This document shows, piece by piece, positions 25,339 to 34,465 of a DNA stretch of 34,465 nucleotides. Both the position numbers and the translations under genes were made by a program. The DNA is taken from contig JAHDEE010000024.1 of assembly GCA_020629005.1 (NCBI GenBank), positions 11,817 to 46,281 on the forward strand. The letters are read 5' to 3'. Positions within the stretch are counted from its first letter, which is position 1; each line of letters starts with the position of its first letter. This stretch comes from Chitinophagales bacterium. Its GTDB lineage: Bacteria; Bacteroidota; Bacteroidia; Chitinophagales; UBA2359. The notes beneath the pieces were generated by a model, which was not told the DNA's origin, did not search any database, and was given only the letters and a program-made list of their open reading frames with translations.

Positions 25339-28300
25339 ATGTCAGATCAGCCAAAGGAAATCCAGCTGGATGGGGGCTCCTATGAAATCATACGAAATCG
25401 CCTCAACAGCAGCAAGGCCACTCTGGAGCAAAAACTGCAAAAGCTCAACGAAAGCAGAAAGGAGGTCTTCGGTGGAATGGAAACCCAGCTGTCCGGGACC
25501 CTTAGAATCAACAGCGGAAACAATTGTACTGCGCAAGATATTGTAGCCTTAGGCAACATCTGTATCTTCGGTTTCAACGTACACATAGGTTTGCGCTCTG
25601 TCACTAAAGTTGAAGATGTTTTTGCTGTCTACGAGCGTACAACCGACTCCTTCAATCATATCGAAAGTGATCTCATTGCGGACCAGCAGTTCGCAACAGA
25701 CCTGGAGAATCTATACAAGTATTACAGAGACTCCCACTTCTATAGATTTTGGCAACACGATGGCTACCTCTACATGGTGTTTCAAGTCTCAGAGAAGGTA
25801 GGAGACTTTAAGGCTTTCAAGTGGCTGATCAAAGAGAACAGCCTTGAATACATTGATAATAGGAGCGAGCATGAATACCGCTTTCCCGAGCAATATGAAT
25901 TCGTTTGGCAGAAGGCAGGACGGGATGATTTTCGATCGGGAACACATGCCCACGTCAGCATACTCGATAAGGTATTTGTAGAGACCATAGGTGGAGACCT
26001 GACCATCAAGATTGAGGATAATACGGACGATGGAAAAGGGATCTACAGCGAGGCGGTAGAGCAAAAGGATCAGCAATTGGATGACGGCGAATATCGCTAC
26101 GCTAAGATGAATGGTTTGATTGCCCTCGAAATCAAGCCCTATCTTGAGGAAAGCCGATACTTTATTTTCAATGAAAAGCTTGGCACAGTTGTTCGAGTGC
26201 CAGCAATGAGTCAAAGCTGCCGACTATTACCGGGTGAACAAGGTTTGATTTTCAGTAACGGATACTACCTACACACAGGAGAATTTAAATCCTTCGAACT
26301 GAAGGTTGAAGAGGCCGAATTTGAACGCAAAATTCTGTCTCTAAATGGAGAGGATCATCTCTTTGTATTCTTCCTTCCTAAAGAGGGGCGATACGTGCTC
26401 ATGTCCTATAATGTGATTGCCCAGCAAGTGGGCACACCTATCTTGTGCAATGGCTACTCGATATTTCCAGACGGTAGCCTGTGCAATTTCAGACGTGATC
26501 CGGAGCCTACAAAGTATCATCAGATACAGGTTTGGAATACTCCATATGGCAAAGAATTGCATAGCAACGAGCAGGCAAAAGACAGGCTACTATTTAAGGT
26601 TGGCAACAAGAACATAGTAGAAGGCATGTCAGAGTGTGCCTCCCTTTTATCTTTGCTACGCAAGGAAGAACCCTATGCTGATCTCTATCGTGACATTGTA
26701 AGTCTCTGCACCAATATCCGAGACAGTTACTACTGGTTGGGCGATCCTGAGGCTGAAAATATCGCTGCTACTATCGCGGAGATAAGCGACTCTTCAAACA
26801 CAGCAATAGATGAGTACCAAAAGGTAAAGAACATCCGTAGCAACACCGCCAAGGCTATTGCCGATGTGGAACAAGAGGCAACCAAACTGTTCAAGAAAGT
26901 TGATACCATCAGCATGGACAACATCCTCAATTTTGTGGATACCCTGTCCGAACTCAGTAGACTGAGAGGTCAGCTGCTTCAGGTGAGGGACCTGCGTTAT
27001 GCTGATACAGCACTGTTGGATAAGCTCGACGAAGCCGGTAAAGAACGTGGGGAAACGCTGGAAAAAGAGTGTGTGCGTTTTCTTCTAAAGGAAGAATCAT
27101 TGAGCGACTACGAAACCAGCATCAACAAACTTGGCGAAGATGCTTCTGCAATTTCGAGTTCCGTGCAAGCTGAAGAGCTGGATGAAACATCTCAAAAGCT
27201 CAGTGGAGACCTCGATCTCCTAATAGAAATTGTCAGTAGTCTAAAGATTGAAGATCCAACGGAGACTACTCGCATTATCGAGCGAATCTCAGCACTTTAT
27301 GGAGTGCTTAATGGCAACCGAAGCACAATAAGAAACAGGCGAAAGGAATTACGGTCCCGGGAATCAAAGGGAGAATTTGAGGCACAGTTTCGTTTACTGG
27401 AACAGAGTGTAATCAACTATCTTGAGATTTCCGATACAACTGACAAATGCGAGGAATATCTGACCAAATTGATGGTAAGCCTCGAAGAAATGGAAGGCAA
27501 GTTCGTCGAAGACGAACAATTCATCGAAATTCTGACAGATAAACGGGAAGAGATTCACACGGCCTTCGAAGGAAAACGCCTTCAGTTGTTGGAAAGCCGC
27601 AATCGTAGGGCAGTGGGTTTGGCTTCCTCAGCGGAAAGACTCCTATCTGGAATTAAGAGCCGGGCGCTCAAGCTTGAAGATCCAACGCTACTTAACGGCT
27701 TTTTTGCCGCCGATATGATGGTTGACAAGGTGCGCAATATAATCAACACCTTGAATGGACTGGGAGACAGCGTAAAAGCTGATGAAGTCGCCGCTCAACT
27801 CTCGGCTGGTCGTGAAGAAGTTCTGCGAAAACTCCGTGACAAATCGGAGCTGTTTGTCAGCGGTAAGAATGTCATCAAATTTGGCAAGCACCAGTTCTCC
27901 GTAAACACCCAGCCGCTTGATCTTACCCTGATTCCCAAAGCCGACGAGCTATCCTTGCACCTCACAGGCAGCAATTTTTTCCTTCCAGTAGAAGACTTGC
28001 AACTCAATGCCGCTAAGGAAATATGGGAGCAGCACTTCCTATCAGAAAACAGCGAAATCTATCGAGCAGAGTACTTATTACACGGCTATCTGAAAAGCAT
28101 CGGAGGTGCCGCTAATATGAATGCCGGCAAGCTACTATCCGACCTCCAGGACTTCGCCTCCACCCGACTCAACGAAGGTTACGAAAAAGGTATTCACGAT
28201 TTCGATGCTCAGGCAATTGGCACGGCAATCATGCAGCGGAACCAGGAGATAGATCTGCTATACTGTAGTGAACTCAACAGAGCCTTTGCACAGTACTACT

Positions 28301-30165
28301 GGATGCAGATACTGGAAGAAGAACAGAAAAGCATTTGGACAAAGCAGATCAAAACAGCAGCTATCATCCTTAAGACCTTTCCAAACTCGCAGGATTTTGA
28401 AGAGCTCATTTATAGAATTCAGGAAGACATCGAGTCCAGAGAATTACCTGTTCTCTTGCGTGAAGCTGTGCCATCAAAAGCGGCAGAATACTTATTCCGC
28501 CAAATCCTTGTCGCCGATAGCTTTGTCATCGCCAAAGAATCTTCTATACTGCAAAGAGACTTTCTTGGACATCTGAAGACCGTCAAAGCGCTGAAGAGCT
28601 ATGAAAGTAGCGTAGCAGCACTTGAGGAGAATCCAGAGCAGAAACTGGAGACCATAGTAGGTTGGATAAAATCCTTTTGTAAAAGTGCCACCCGACCTGA
28701 ATCTACCAACAGCATTATTGAGACGGCTGTACATCTCGCATTCGCCAATAAGGGCCAGGTCATCCACAGTGATACACTGCTAAAAGTCGCACAGTTAAAA
28801 GGCGATCACCCCTTGATCAACGAGGGCAAGTATGAAATACATTATCACGAGTTTTTTGACAAGCTCGACAGATACCAGGCCGAACATATTCCCAAAATGA
28901 AGGCCTATCAGGAGCGAAAGAAAGCCTACATTGAAGACTGGAGAAATAGAATGCGCCTGGAAGAACTAAAACCGCAGGTACTATCCTCCTTTATCAGAAA
29001 CAAGCTGATCGATAATGTCTACCTACACGTCATCGGCGATAATCTCGCGAAGCAAATTGGAACTGTGGGCGAAAATACACGCACCGATCGAATGGGCCTC
29101 TTGCTTCTGATATCTCCACCAGGATATGGTAAGACCACCTTGATGGAGTACATCGCTGATCGACTGGGACTCACTTTTGTCAAAGTCAACGGGCCGGCTA
29201 TCGGTCATGAGGTCACCTCAGTGGATCCGGAGCAGGCTCCAAACGCTGCCGCAAAGCAGGAGCTGGAGAAACTAAACATGTCTTTTGAGATTGGTGACAA
29301 TCTAATGATCTACATCGACGACATCCAGCATTGTAGCCCGGAATTCCTGCAAAAATTCATCTCCCTCTGCGATGGTCAGCGGAAGATTGAGGGTACTTAC
29401 AATGGAAGGAGCAAAACCTATGACTTCAGAGGCAAAAAAGTAGCCGTAGTCATGGCTGGCAACCCTTACACCGAATCAGGGGAGAAATTTCAGATTCCAG
29501 ACATGCTTGCCAATCGAGCAGATGTTTACAATCTTGGCGATATTCTGGCAGGAGCACATGAAGATTTTGAGAATAGCTACATTGAAAACTGTCTCACATC
29601 CAACCCGACGCTAAAACGACTAGCCAACAAAAGCATGGCAGATGTTTATACACTTTTGAAGAAATCCAGCGAAGATCAGCTCGTCGGTATAGAGTTGGAG
29701 GCAAACCACAGTCCCGAAGAAATAAAAGAGTACGTGGGTGTGATCCGCAAATTGCAAAGTATTCGAGATGTAATCCTCAAAGTTAATCAGGAGTACATCA
29801 AATCCGCCGCCATGTCTGATGAGTATCGTACCGCTCCTCCATTCAAATTGCAAGGGTCCTATAGAAATATGAATAAGCTTGCCGAAAAGGTAGTACCTGT
29901 GATGAATGACCAGGAAGTAGCGTCAATAATCATGGATCACTACGATAGTGAAGCACAAGCGCTAACCAAAAACGCGGAAGCCAACCTTCTGCTGTTCAAG
30001 CAGCTGGTTGGCAAGCTAAGTCCGGAAGACAAAGACCGGCTAGATTATATCCTTGGCGTTTTCCGAGAACAACAAGCCAAACAAAATGCCAACAACATGC
30101 AGGCTGTTATACGTGAAATGCAAGCATTCAATGATCTGCTAAAAGGCATAGGAGAAAAAATGTAG
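25339..30165 (+). CDS. Giant (1608 aa) multidomain protein with a single dynein/midasin-type AAA_5 (MoxR-like) ATPase module near the C-terminus; function unknown
   Basis: Single uninterrupted ORF 69 nt after the flotillin stop. Walker A LLLISPPGYGKTTL at about nt 29110-29140. Walker B MIYIDDIQH at about 29305-29330. The DFRGKKVAVVMAGNPYTESGEKFQIPDMLANRADV block matches the FRxxAxxNP...G.K.LP..L.NRF.V signature of AAA_5/midasin-type modules. The N-terminal roughly 430 aa is beta-rich, and the roughly 700-aa middle is helical. Confidence 0.75.
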   Translation: MSDQPKEIQLDGGSYEIIRNRLNSSKATLEQKLQKLNESRKEVFGGMETQLSGTLRINSGNNCTAQDIVALGNICIFGFNVHIGLRSVTKVEDVFAVYERTTDSFNHIESDLIADQQFATDLENLYKYYRDSHFYRFWQHDGYLYMVFQVSEKVGDFKAFKWLIKENSLEYIDNRSEHEYRFPEQYEFVWQKAGRDDFRSGTHAHVSILDKVFVETIGGDLTIKIEDNTDDGKGIYSEAVEQKDQQLDDGEYRYAKMNGLIALEIKPYLEESRYFIFNEKLGTVVRVPAMSQSCRLLPGEQGLIFSNGYYLHTGEFKSFELKVEEAEFERKILSLNGEDHLFVFFLPKEGRYVLMSYNVIAQQVGTPILCNGYSIFPDGSLCNFRRDPEPTKYHQIQVWNTPYGKELHSNEQAKDRLLFKVGNKNIVEGMSECASLLSLLRKEEPYADLYRDIVSLCTNIRDSYYWLGDPEAENIAATIAEISDSSNTAIDEYQKVKNIRSNTAKAIADVEQEATKLFKKVDTISMDNILNFVDTLSELSRLRGQLLQVRDLRYADTALLDKLDEAGKERGETLEKECVRFLLKEESLSDYETSINKLGEDASAISSSVQAEELDETSQKLSGDLDLLIEIVSSLKIEDPTETTRIIERISALYGVLNGNRSTIRNRRKELRSRESKGEFEAQFRLLEQSVINYLEISDTTDKCEEYLTKLMVSLEEMEGKFVEDEQFIEILTDKREEIHTAFEGKRLQLLESRNRRAVGLASSAERLLSGIKSRALKLEDPTLLNGFFAADMMVDKVRNIINTLNGLGDSVKADEVAAQLSAGREEVLRKLRDKSELFVSGKNVIKFGKHQFSVNTQPLDLTLIPKADELSLHLTGSNFFLPVEDLQLNAAKEIWEQHFLSENSEIYRAEYLLHGYLKSIGGAANMNAGKLLSDLQDFASTRLNEGYEKGIHDFDAQAIGTAIMQRNQEIDLLYCSELNRAFAQYYWMQILEEEQKSIWTKQIKTAAIILKTFPNSQDFEELIYRIQEDIESRELPVLLREAVPSKAAEYLFRQILVADSFVIAKESSILQRDFLGHLKTVKALKSYESSVAALEENPEQKLETIVGWIKSFCKSATRPESTNSIIETAVHLAFANKGQVIHSDTLLKVAQLKGDHPLINEGKYEIHYHEFFDKLDRYQAEHIPKMKAYQERKKAYIEDWRNRMRLEELKPQVLSSFIRNKLIDNVYLHVIGDNLAKQIGTVGENTRTDRMGLLLLISPPGYGKTTLMEYIADRLGLTFVKVNGPAIGHEVTSVDPEQAPNAAAKQELEKLNMSFEIGDNLMIYIDDIQHCSPEFLQKFISLCDGQRKIEGTYNGRSKTYDFRGKKVAVVMAGNPYTESGEKFQIPDMLANRADVYNLGDILAGAHEDFENSYIENCLTSNPTLKRLANKSMADVYTLLKKSSEDQLVGIELEANHSPEEIKEYVGVIRKLQSIRDVILKVNQEYIKSAAMSDEYRTAPPFKLQGSYRNMNKLAEKVVPVMNDQEVASIIMDHYDSEAQALTKNAEANLLLFKQLVGKLSPEDKDRLDYILGVFREQQAKQNANNMQAVIREMQAFNDLLKGIGEKM

Positions 30166-30212
30166 CTAGGGCTGTATAAAGGCTTACAATGTTGCATGGT
30201 AGATTTACCGAT

Positions 30213-30797
30213 CTAGCCCTCGTCCTCATTTTGAAGATATTCAGCCGCCCGGTCTAGCTCCTCATAGAATTCCGCTCCATATTTGCGGATCAAGGCCTCC
30301 TTGACAAACTTGTAGATCGGTAGCTTATGTTTCTTGCCATTGGTGCAAGCCGCACTGCAAATGTCCCAACGATCATAGTTGACTGCATCATAGTGCGCAT
30401 GCTTGGTAATGCGCACGGGATATAGATGACAGCTGACGGGCTTCTTCCAATCTGTCTTTCCTTCTTCGTAAGCCTGTTCAAAAGCACATTTGGCAATACC
30501 CTTTTCATCGTAGTTAAGGTAAACACAGGCAGCACCATTTATCAGAGGCGTTTCATTATAGCCCTCTTTCACATTCCAAAGCACATAACCCATCTTGCTC
30601 ACCTCAGCCCTGCTTCGCTCACTCAATTTATCCTCAATAAGTGGATAAACTTCTTTGATCTTCTCCACTTCTTCAGGCTCTAGAGGTGCCCCACCATCTC
30701 CCTCAACACAGCAAACTCCCTTACATGCATCCAGATCGCAAAGAAACTGTTCCTCAACAATCTCATCACTCACTATTTTATCTCCAATGACTATCAT
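30213..30797 (-). CDS. DUF3109-like Cys-rich hypothetical protein
   Basis: Start MIVIGDKIVSDEIVEEQFLCDLDACKGVCCVEGDGG resembles the DUF3109 N-terminal Cys cluster common in Bacteroidota. Convergent with the giant ATPase gene. Confidence 0.5.
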   Translation of the reverse strand: MIVIGDKIVSDEIVEEQFLCDLDACKGVCCVEGDGGAPLEPEEVEKIKEVYPLIEDKLSERSRAEVSKMGYVLWNVKEGYNETPLINGAACVYLNYDEKGIAKCAFEQAYEEGKTDWKKPVSCHLYPVRITKHAHYDAVNYDRWDICSAACTNGKKHKLPIYKFVKEALIRKYGAEFYEELDRAAEYLQNEDEG

Positions 30798-30921
30798 AAG
30801 CTTATTTTTAGCGAGCCAAAAAGCGTGCTTTCTTGTTCAAAGAGAAGCCAGTACAAGCTAAGTATTATTCTGCAACCAGAAAAATCCCCCATTGGAAATC
30901 AGTAAACGATTGCTTTATCAG

Positions 30922-31455
30922 ATGAGCTGGGCTACCCTCATCGGATTCTCCTTTGTTGGAATGCTCATCAATTTCATCTTCTACAAAAAGCGCCCACTAG
31001 ATCTCTTTTTGTCTGACACAGAACTTTATGTCGAATTATTGCTAGGTACAGGCTTCGGAATTGTCGCAGCACTCGTTGCCCTTATTGCAGTAAAAAACGG
31101 TCTTGCAAAGCAGCTAAGCTCCGACCTTGGTGATTTTTTCAAAAAAGGATCATTAGGCATCACAGATGCTGTTTTCTTTTCCTTTTGTGCAGGAGTAGGA
31201 GAGGAGATCCTTTTCAGGGCTGGTATTCAACCTTTTCTGGGCATATTGGTTACATCTGTGTTCTTTGTGGCTATCCACGGATACCTGAATGTTCGGCATC
31301 TAAATATCTTTGCCTACGGACTTATTATGGTCGGAATCAGCATTGGACTGGGATACCTCTTTCAGGAAATTGGATTGATTTCTGCCATTGTCGCACATAC
31401 TGTATTTGACATCATAATGTTCTCTTACCTGCTGAAAAACGGAGCATCACTCTAA
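30922..31455 (+). CDS. CPBP-family (CAAX-type) intramembrane metalloprotease
   Basis: Motifs GVGEEILFRAG (EExxxR), FFVAIHGY (FxxxH) and AHTVFD (HxxxD/N) in a multi-TM protein. The track ORF begins at TTG 30892, so ATG 30922 is preferred. Confidence 0.7.
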   Translation: MSWATLIGFSFVGMLINFIFYKKRPLDLFLSDTELYVELLLGTGFGIVAALVALIAVKNGLAKQLSSDLGDFFKKGSLGITDAVFFSFCAGVGEEILFRAGIQPFLGILVTSVFFVAIHGYLNVRHLNIFAYGLIMVGISIGLGYLFQEIGLISAIVAHTVFDIIMFSYLLKNGASL

Positions 31456-31469
31456 AACTGAATGACTAC

Positions 31470-32192
31470 ATGAGCATACGAACAATTTCCTTCGCAGTCC
31501 TTGTAACCCTATGCATAGGCCTCTTTACCGCCTGCAAGGATGATGATGAAGACCTAACCCTAAGCCTGCGTTTTGAGCATAAATTTGGTGCTGAAGATGC
31601 AGTTTATGGCAACACTTACATGGTCAATGGAACTGCTGTTCAATTCGACCTCGGAATATTCTATTGCTCCGTATTCACCCCCAAAAGCAGCTCAGGCGAC
31701 GCCTTCACCTCCTTTACCGATGAGTTCCTGCTTGTGAGAGCCGAGGAATCAGCCGCCTACGAAGTCGGAACTTTCAGCGGCGGTGACGTCCGAAAGCTCG
31801 GCTTTAGCATAGGCGTAGACTCAGAAATCAACCACGGCGACCCGGCAAACTGGCAATCTCCACATCCCCTGGCCTCTCAAAGCCCTTCCATGTACTGGGG
31901 ATGGGATAATGGATACATCTTCTTCAAATTTGAAGGTCGTGTTGACAGAGACAACGATGGGGTACCAGACGCCATCATGCTCTATCACATCGGTAAGGAC
32001 CAGTTCTTTACCAGTACCGAAATAGACATTCAGGAGAATCCTGTAGATGGGGTTCTAACCGCAGTTGTTACGGTGGATTACGCTAAGCTCTTCGAAAACA
32101 TCGACATCTTGGAAGATCGCGTCTCCCATACAGGAGACAACCTGCAACTGGCAGCTGACTTGGTCGAGAATTGGCCGCGCATGTTCAATTAA
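31470..32192 (+). CDS. Lipoprotein, hypothetical (possible MbnP-like partner of the downstream di-heme peroxidases)
   Basis: Signal peptide with lipobox (LFTAC). Beta-rich, with conserved-looking W/H/M/D residues (HGDPANWQSPHP, MYWGWDNGY). Stop lies 10 nt before the next gene. The MbnP assignment is inference. Confidence 0.5.
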   Translation: MSIRTISFAVLVTLCIGLFTACKDDDEDLTLSLRFEHKFGAEDAVYGNTYMVNGTAVQFDLGIFYCSVFTPKSSSGDAFTSFTDEFLLVRAEESAAYEVGTFSGGDVRKLGFSIGVDSEINHGDPANWQSPHPLASQSPSMYWGWDNGYIFFKFEGRVDRDNDGVPDAIMLYHIGKDQFFTSTEIDIQENPVDGVLTAVVTVDYAKLFENIDILEDRVSHTGDNLQLAADLVENWPRMFN

Positions 32193-32201
32193 GGATAGCA
32201 T

Positions 32202-33221
32202 TTGAGCATTCAACATCACATAGTAAGAGCGCTGCTCATACTCTCGATTTGCAGCTGCCTCCTTTCCTGCGAATCAGACCCCGATGCTCAAACCTATCGA
32301 TTGGACATACCTGAAGGATTCCCGGACATGCCCATACCGGAGGATAACCAGCTCACTGAAGATAGAGTTGCCCTGGGTAAGCAACTATTCTACGACATGC
32401 GCCTCTCGCGTCAGTCCGACGTCTCCTGCGCCAGCTGCCATCTACAAGAGCGGGCATTTGCCGATCAAAATATTCTCAGCATCGGCACCCAAGAGCGAGT
32501 GGGATTTAGAAATGTACCCAGTCTGGCCAACATTGGCTATCATCCCTACCTCTTCCGTGAAGGAGGAGGTATCAGTTTGGAAACCCAGGTTCTCGGCCCT
32601 CTGGAGGCAGAAGATGAGATGGATTTCAATATGGTAGAAGCTGTGGAACGACTCTCACAATTTCCCGACTACCAGGAACAGGCTCAAACAGCCTACGGAC
32701 GTCCCTTCTCCGCTTTTGTACTAAGCAGAGCACTAGCAGCATTCCAACGGACCTTGATTAGTGGAAACTCAGCTTTCGACCAGGACCAAAGAGGGGAGCT
32801 CGCACTGTCAGAAGCTGCAGCTAGAGGCCTGCAATTGTTTACCAGCGAAAAAACCAACTGCCAAAACTGCCATGATGGATTCGACTTCAGTAATTACGCC
32901 TTCGAAAACAACGGTTTGTATGAGCAGTACAATGACACTGGAAGAAGCAGAGTAACTTTTCAAGACAGCGATATAGGAAAATTCAAAGTTCCCTCTCTTC
33001 GCAATGTCGCCTTGACTCCGCCTTACATGCACGATGGAAGCCTAAGCGATCTCGAATCAGTTATTGAGCACTACAATACTGGAGGAAAAGCACACGTAAA
33101 CAAAAGTTCACTCATTCGCCCACTTGGACTGAGCGATGACGAAAAAAGCGATTTGATCGAGTTTTTGAAAAGTCTAAGTGATAACTGCTTCATTTCGAAC
33201 CCCGATTTTGCCATTGAATAA
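32202..33221 (+). CDS. Di-heme cytochrome c peroxidase (CCP/MauG family)
   Basis: Two CxxCH heme motifs (CASCH, CQNCH) separated by about 150 aa. PYMHDGS motif characteristic of bacterial CCP/MauG. TTG start with signal peptide/lipobox (LLSC). Confidence 0.8.
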   Translation: MSIQHHIVRALLILSICSCLLSCESDPDAQTYRLDIPEGFPDMPIPEDNQLTEDRVALGKQLFYDMRLSRQSDVSCASCHLQERAFADQNILSIGTQERVGFRNVPSLANIGYHPYLFREGGGISLETQVLGPLEAEDEMDFNMVEAVERLSQFPDYQEQAQTAYGRPFSAFVLSRALAAFQRTLISGNSAFDQDQRGELALSEAAARGLQLFTSEKTNCQNCHDGFDFSNYAFENNGLYEQYNDTGRSRVTFQDSDIGKFKVPSLRNVALTPPYMHDGSLSDLESVIEHYNTGGKAHVNKSSLIRPLGLSDDEKSDLIEFLKSLSDNCFISNPDFAIE

Positions 33222-33255
33222 CTAACTTGTCTATCGATCACAAAAGGCATTGTCT

Positions 33256-34368
33256 ATGCATAGGAAGTCCTTAGGTTTATTGTTCTTGTTTTTGGCCCTC
33301 TTCGCCAGCCAATCCTGCGAAGACGCTACACCACCTGTATCTGAAGGTAGAGAGCCGCACACGCCAACACCTTACGAAATCGAAATTCCACCTTCCTTCG
33401 CAGCACAGCCAGTTTATCTCAATCCCGACAACCCAATGACCGAGGAAGGGATTCTATTGGGACGCCACCTTTTTTACGACCCAATTCTAAGCGGCGATTC
33501 AACCATGTCATGCGCCACCTGCCACAAGCAGGAGCTGGCCTTTGGAAGCGATAAACCCGTTGAAACAGGCATCCACGGCGATGTCGGAACCCGAAACGCC
33601 ATGCCCCTGTTTAATATGATTTTCTGGGACAAATTCTCTTGGGACGCAGCACAAACAACCCTCGAGCAGCAGCATATCGAACCAGTGCGTAATCCCATAG
33701 AGATGGCCGCCGACTGGAATATCGTAGAGCAAAGACTTGTAGAGCAGCCAGATTATGTAGACATGTACTGGCAAGCCTTCAATGACACGGTTGTAACCCG
33801 TGATCTTACCACCAAAGCACTAGCCCAGTTCATTAGATCCATCACCGCATTCGATTCCGATTGGGAGCGTGCCTCCCGGGGCGACCCCACCATCCTGCTA
33901 CCCGATGAGGCACTAGATGGCCACCAACTCTATCTGGACCACCTCACTTCCAGCTGCCTGCACTGTCACGCAGTCCCGGGCAATCTCACCGATTTCGTAT
34001 TCCGCAACAATGGTCTCGATGGTCCCGATGATATATACGGCTTTGAAGATCCGGGATTGGGAGGTGTCACAGGCAATCCTGCCGACTACGGCAAGTTCAA
34101 AACCCCGAGCCTAATCAACATTGCGGTCACCGGCCCTTACATGCACGACGGGCGCTTCGAAACCCTCGAGGAGGTCATGGAGTTCTACAACGAAAACGTA
34201 CAGGAAAGTCCCAACCTGGATTCCGCCGCAGAAACCGATTTCATCGAACAAGGAGGCGGGCTCTTCCTCGATCAAGCAGAGATCGACGCCCTCCTGGCTT
34301 TCCTCGAAGCCCAAACCGACCACGTCATGCTCACCAATCCAGCCTACTCTAACCCATTCGAAGACTAG
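33256..34368 (+). CDS. Di-heme cytochrome c peroxidase (CCP/MauG family), paralog of 32202-33221
   Basis: CATCH and CLHCH heme motifs. GPYMHDGRF motif. Signal peptide. ATG at 33256 within the TTG-started ORF. Confidence 0.8.
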   Translation: MHRKSLGLLFLFLALFASQSCEDATPPVSEGREPHTPTPYEIEIPPSFAAQPVYLNPDNPMTEEGILLGRHLFYDPILSGDSTMSCATCHKQELAFGSDKPVETGIHGDVGTRNAMPLFNMIFWDKFSWDAAQTTLEQQHIEPVRNPIEMAADWNIVEQRLVEQPDYVDMYWQAFNDTVVTRDLTTKALAQFIRSITAFDSDWERASRGDPTILLPDEALDGHQLYLDHLTSSCLHCHAVPGNLTDFVFRNNGLDGPDDIYGFEDPGLGGVTGNPADYGKFKTPSLINIAVTGPYMHDGRFETLEEVMEFYNENVQESPNLDSAAETDFIEQGGGLFLDQAEIDALLAFLEAQTDHVMLTNPAYSNPFED

Positions 34369-34411
34369 CGCTGTCTGGCATCAGTAATGAACGATCTTTA
34401 TCTCATGCGCC

Positions 34412-34465
34412 ACTAGTGCTGCGTAAACAAAGTATGTGACACCTTTAAGGAGCTTATCTTTTTGT
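34412..34465. repeat. Truncated copy (one arm) of the palindromic element seen at 22259-22385, cut by the window end
   Basis: ACTAGTGCTGCGTAAACAAAGTATGTGACACCTTTAAGGAGCTTATCTTTTTGT is about 90% identical to the reverse complement of 22332-22385. Confidence 0.6.

Noticed and set aside
1-34465. Transposase, integrase or phage genes flanking the flotillin cassette
   Set aside because: None were found. No DDE/HTH transposase, tyrosine recombinase or phage structural motifs occur in any frame, so the cassette does not sit in an obvious mobile island in this window.

Overview
This 34.5 kb window reads as a chromosomal segment from a Bacteroidota-type genome. The supporting features are a type-B T9SS/gliding-motility C-terminal domain cargo protein, a TonB-dependent receptor with a carboxypeptidase-regulatory N-domain, the bacillithiol pair bshA and ytxJ, and several BlaI/BlaR1-like regulators. 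Most of the window is ordinary single-copy genes: a class-III aminotransferase, an FMN reductase, a BlaI/BlaR1 pair, bshA, ytxJ, rarA, a fatty-acid hydroxylase, a TonB receptor, a GNAT, an ArsR, a CPBP protease and two di-heme cytochrome c peroxidases. No rRNA, tRNA, CRISPR array, transposase or integrase was found. The strongest candidate for an undescribed system is a tight three-gene, same-strand cassette at 22506-30165. It comprises an NfeD/YqiJ-like membrane protein with an acidic DxDxD loop, a flotillin (SPFH/band-7) protein with a very long E/A/K-rich coiled coil, and a giant 1608-aa protein. The giant protein has a single dynein/midasin-type (AAA_5/MoxR-like) ATPase module near its C-terminus, a beta-rich N-terminal region and a roughly 700-aa helical middle. 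The cassette is preceded by a roughly 127-bp palindromic MITE-like element, and one arm of a second copy sits at the window end. Other non-genic structures are a 160-bp nested palindrome directly upstream of blaI, a GC-rich roughly 150-bp interspersed repeat family with at least two copies, and a GC-rich non-coding island with 35-bp direct repeats upstream of the ArsR gene. Further items are a tandem pair of paralogous coiled-coil lipoproteins followed by an EpsG/Wzy-like membrane protein, and a lipoprotein followed by two tandem di-heme peroxidase paralogs (MbnP/MbnH-like arrangement).
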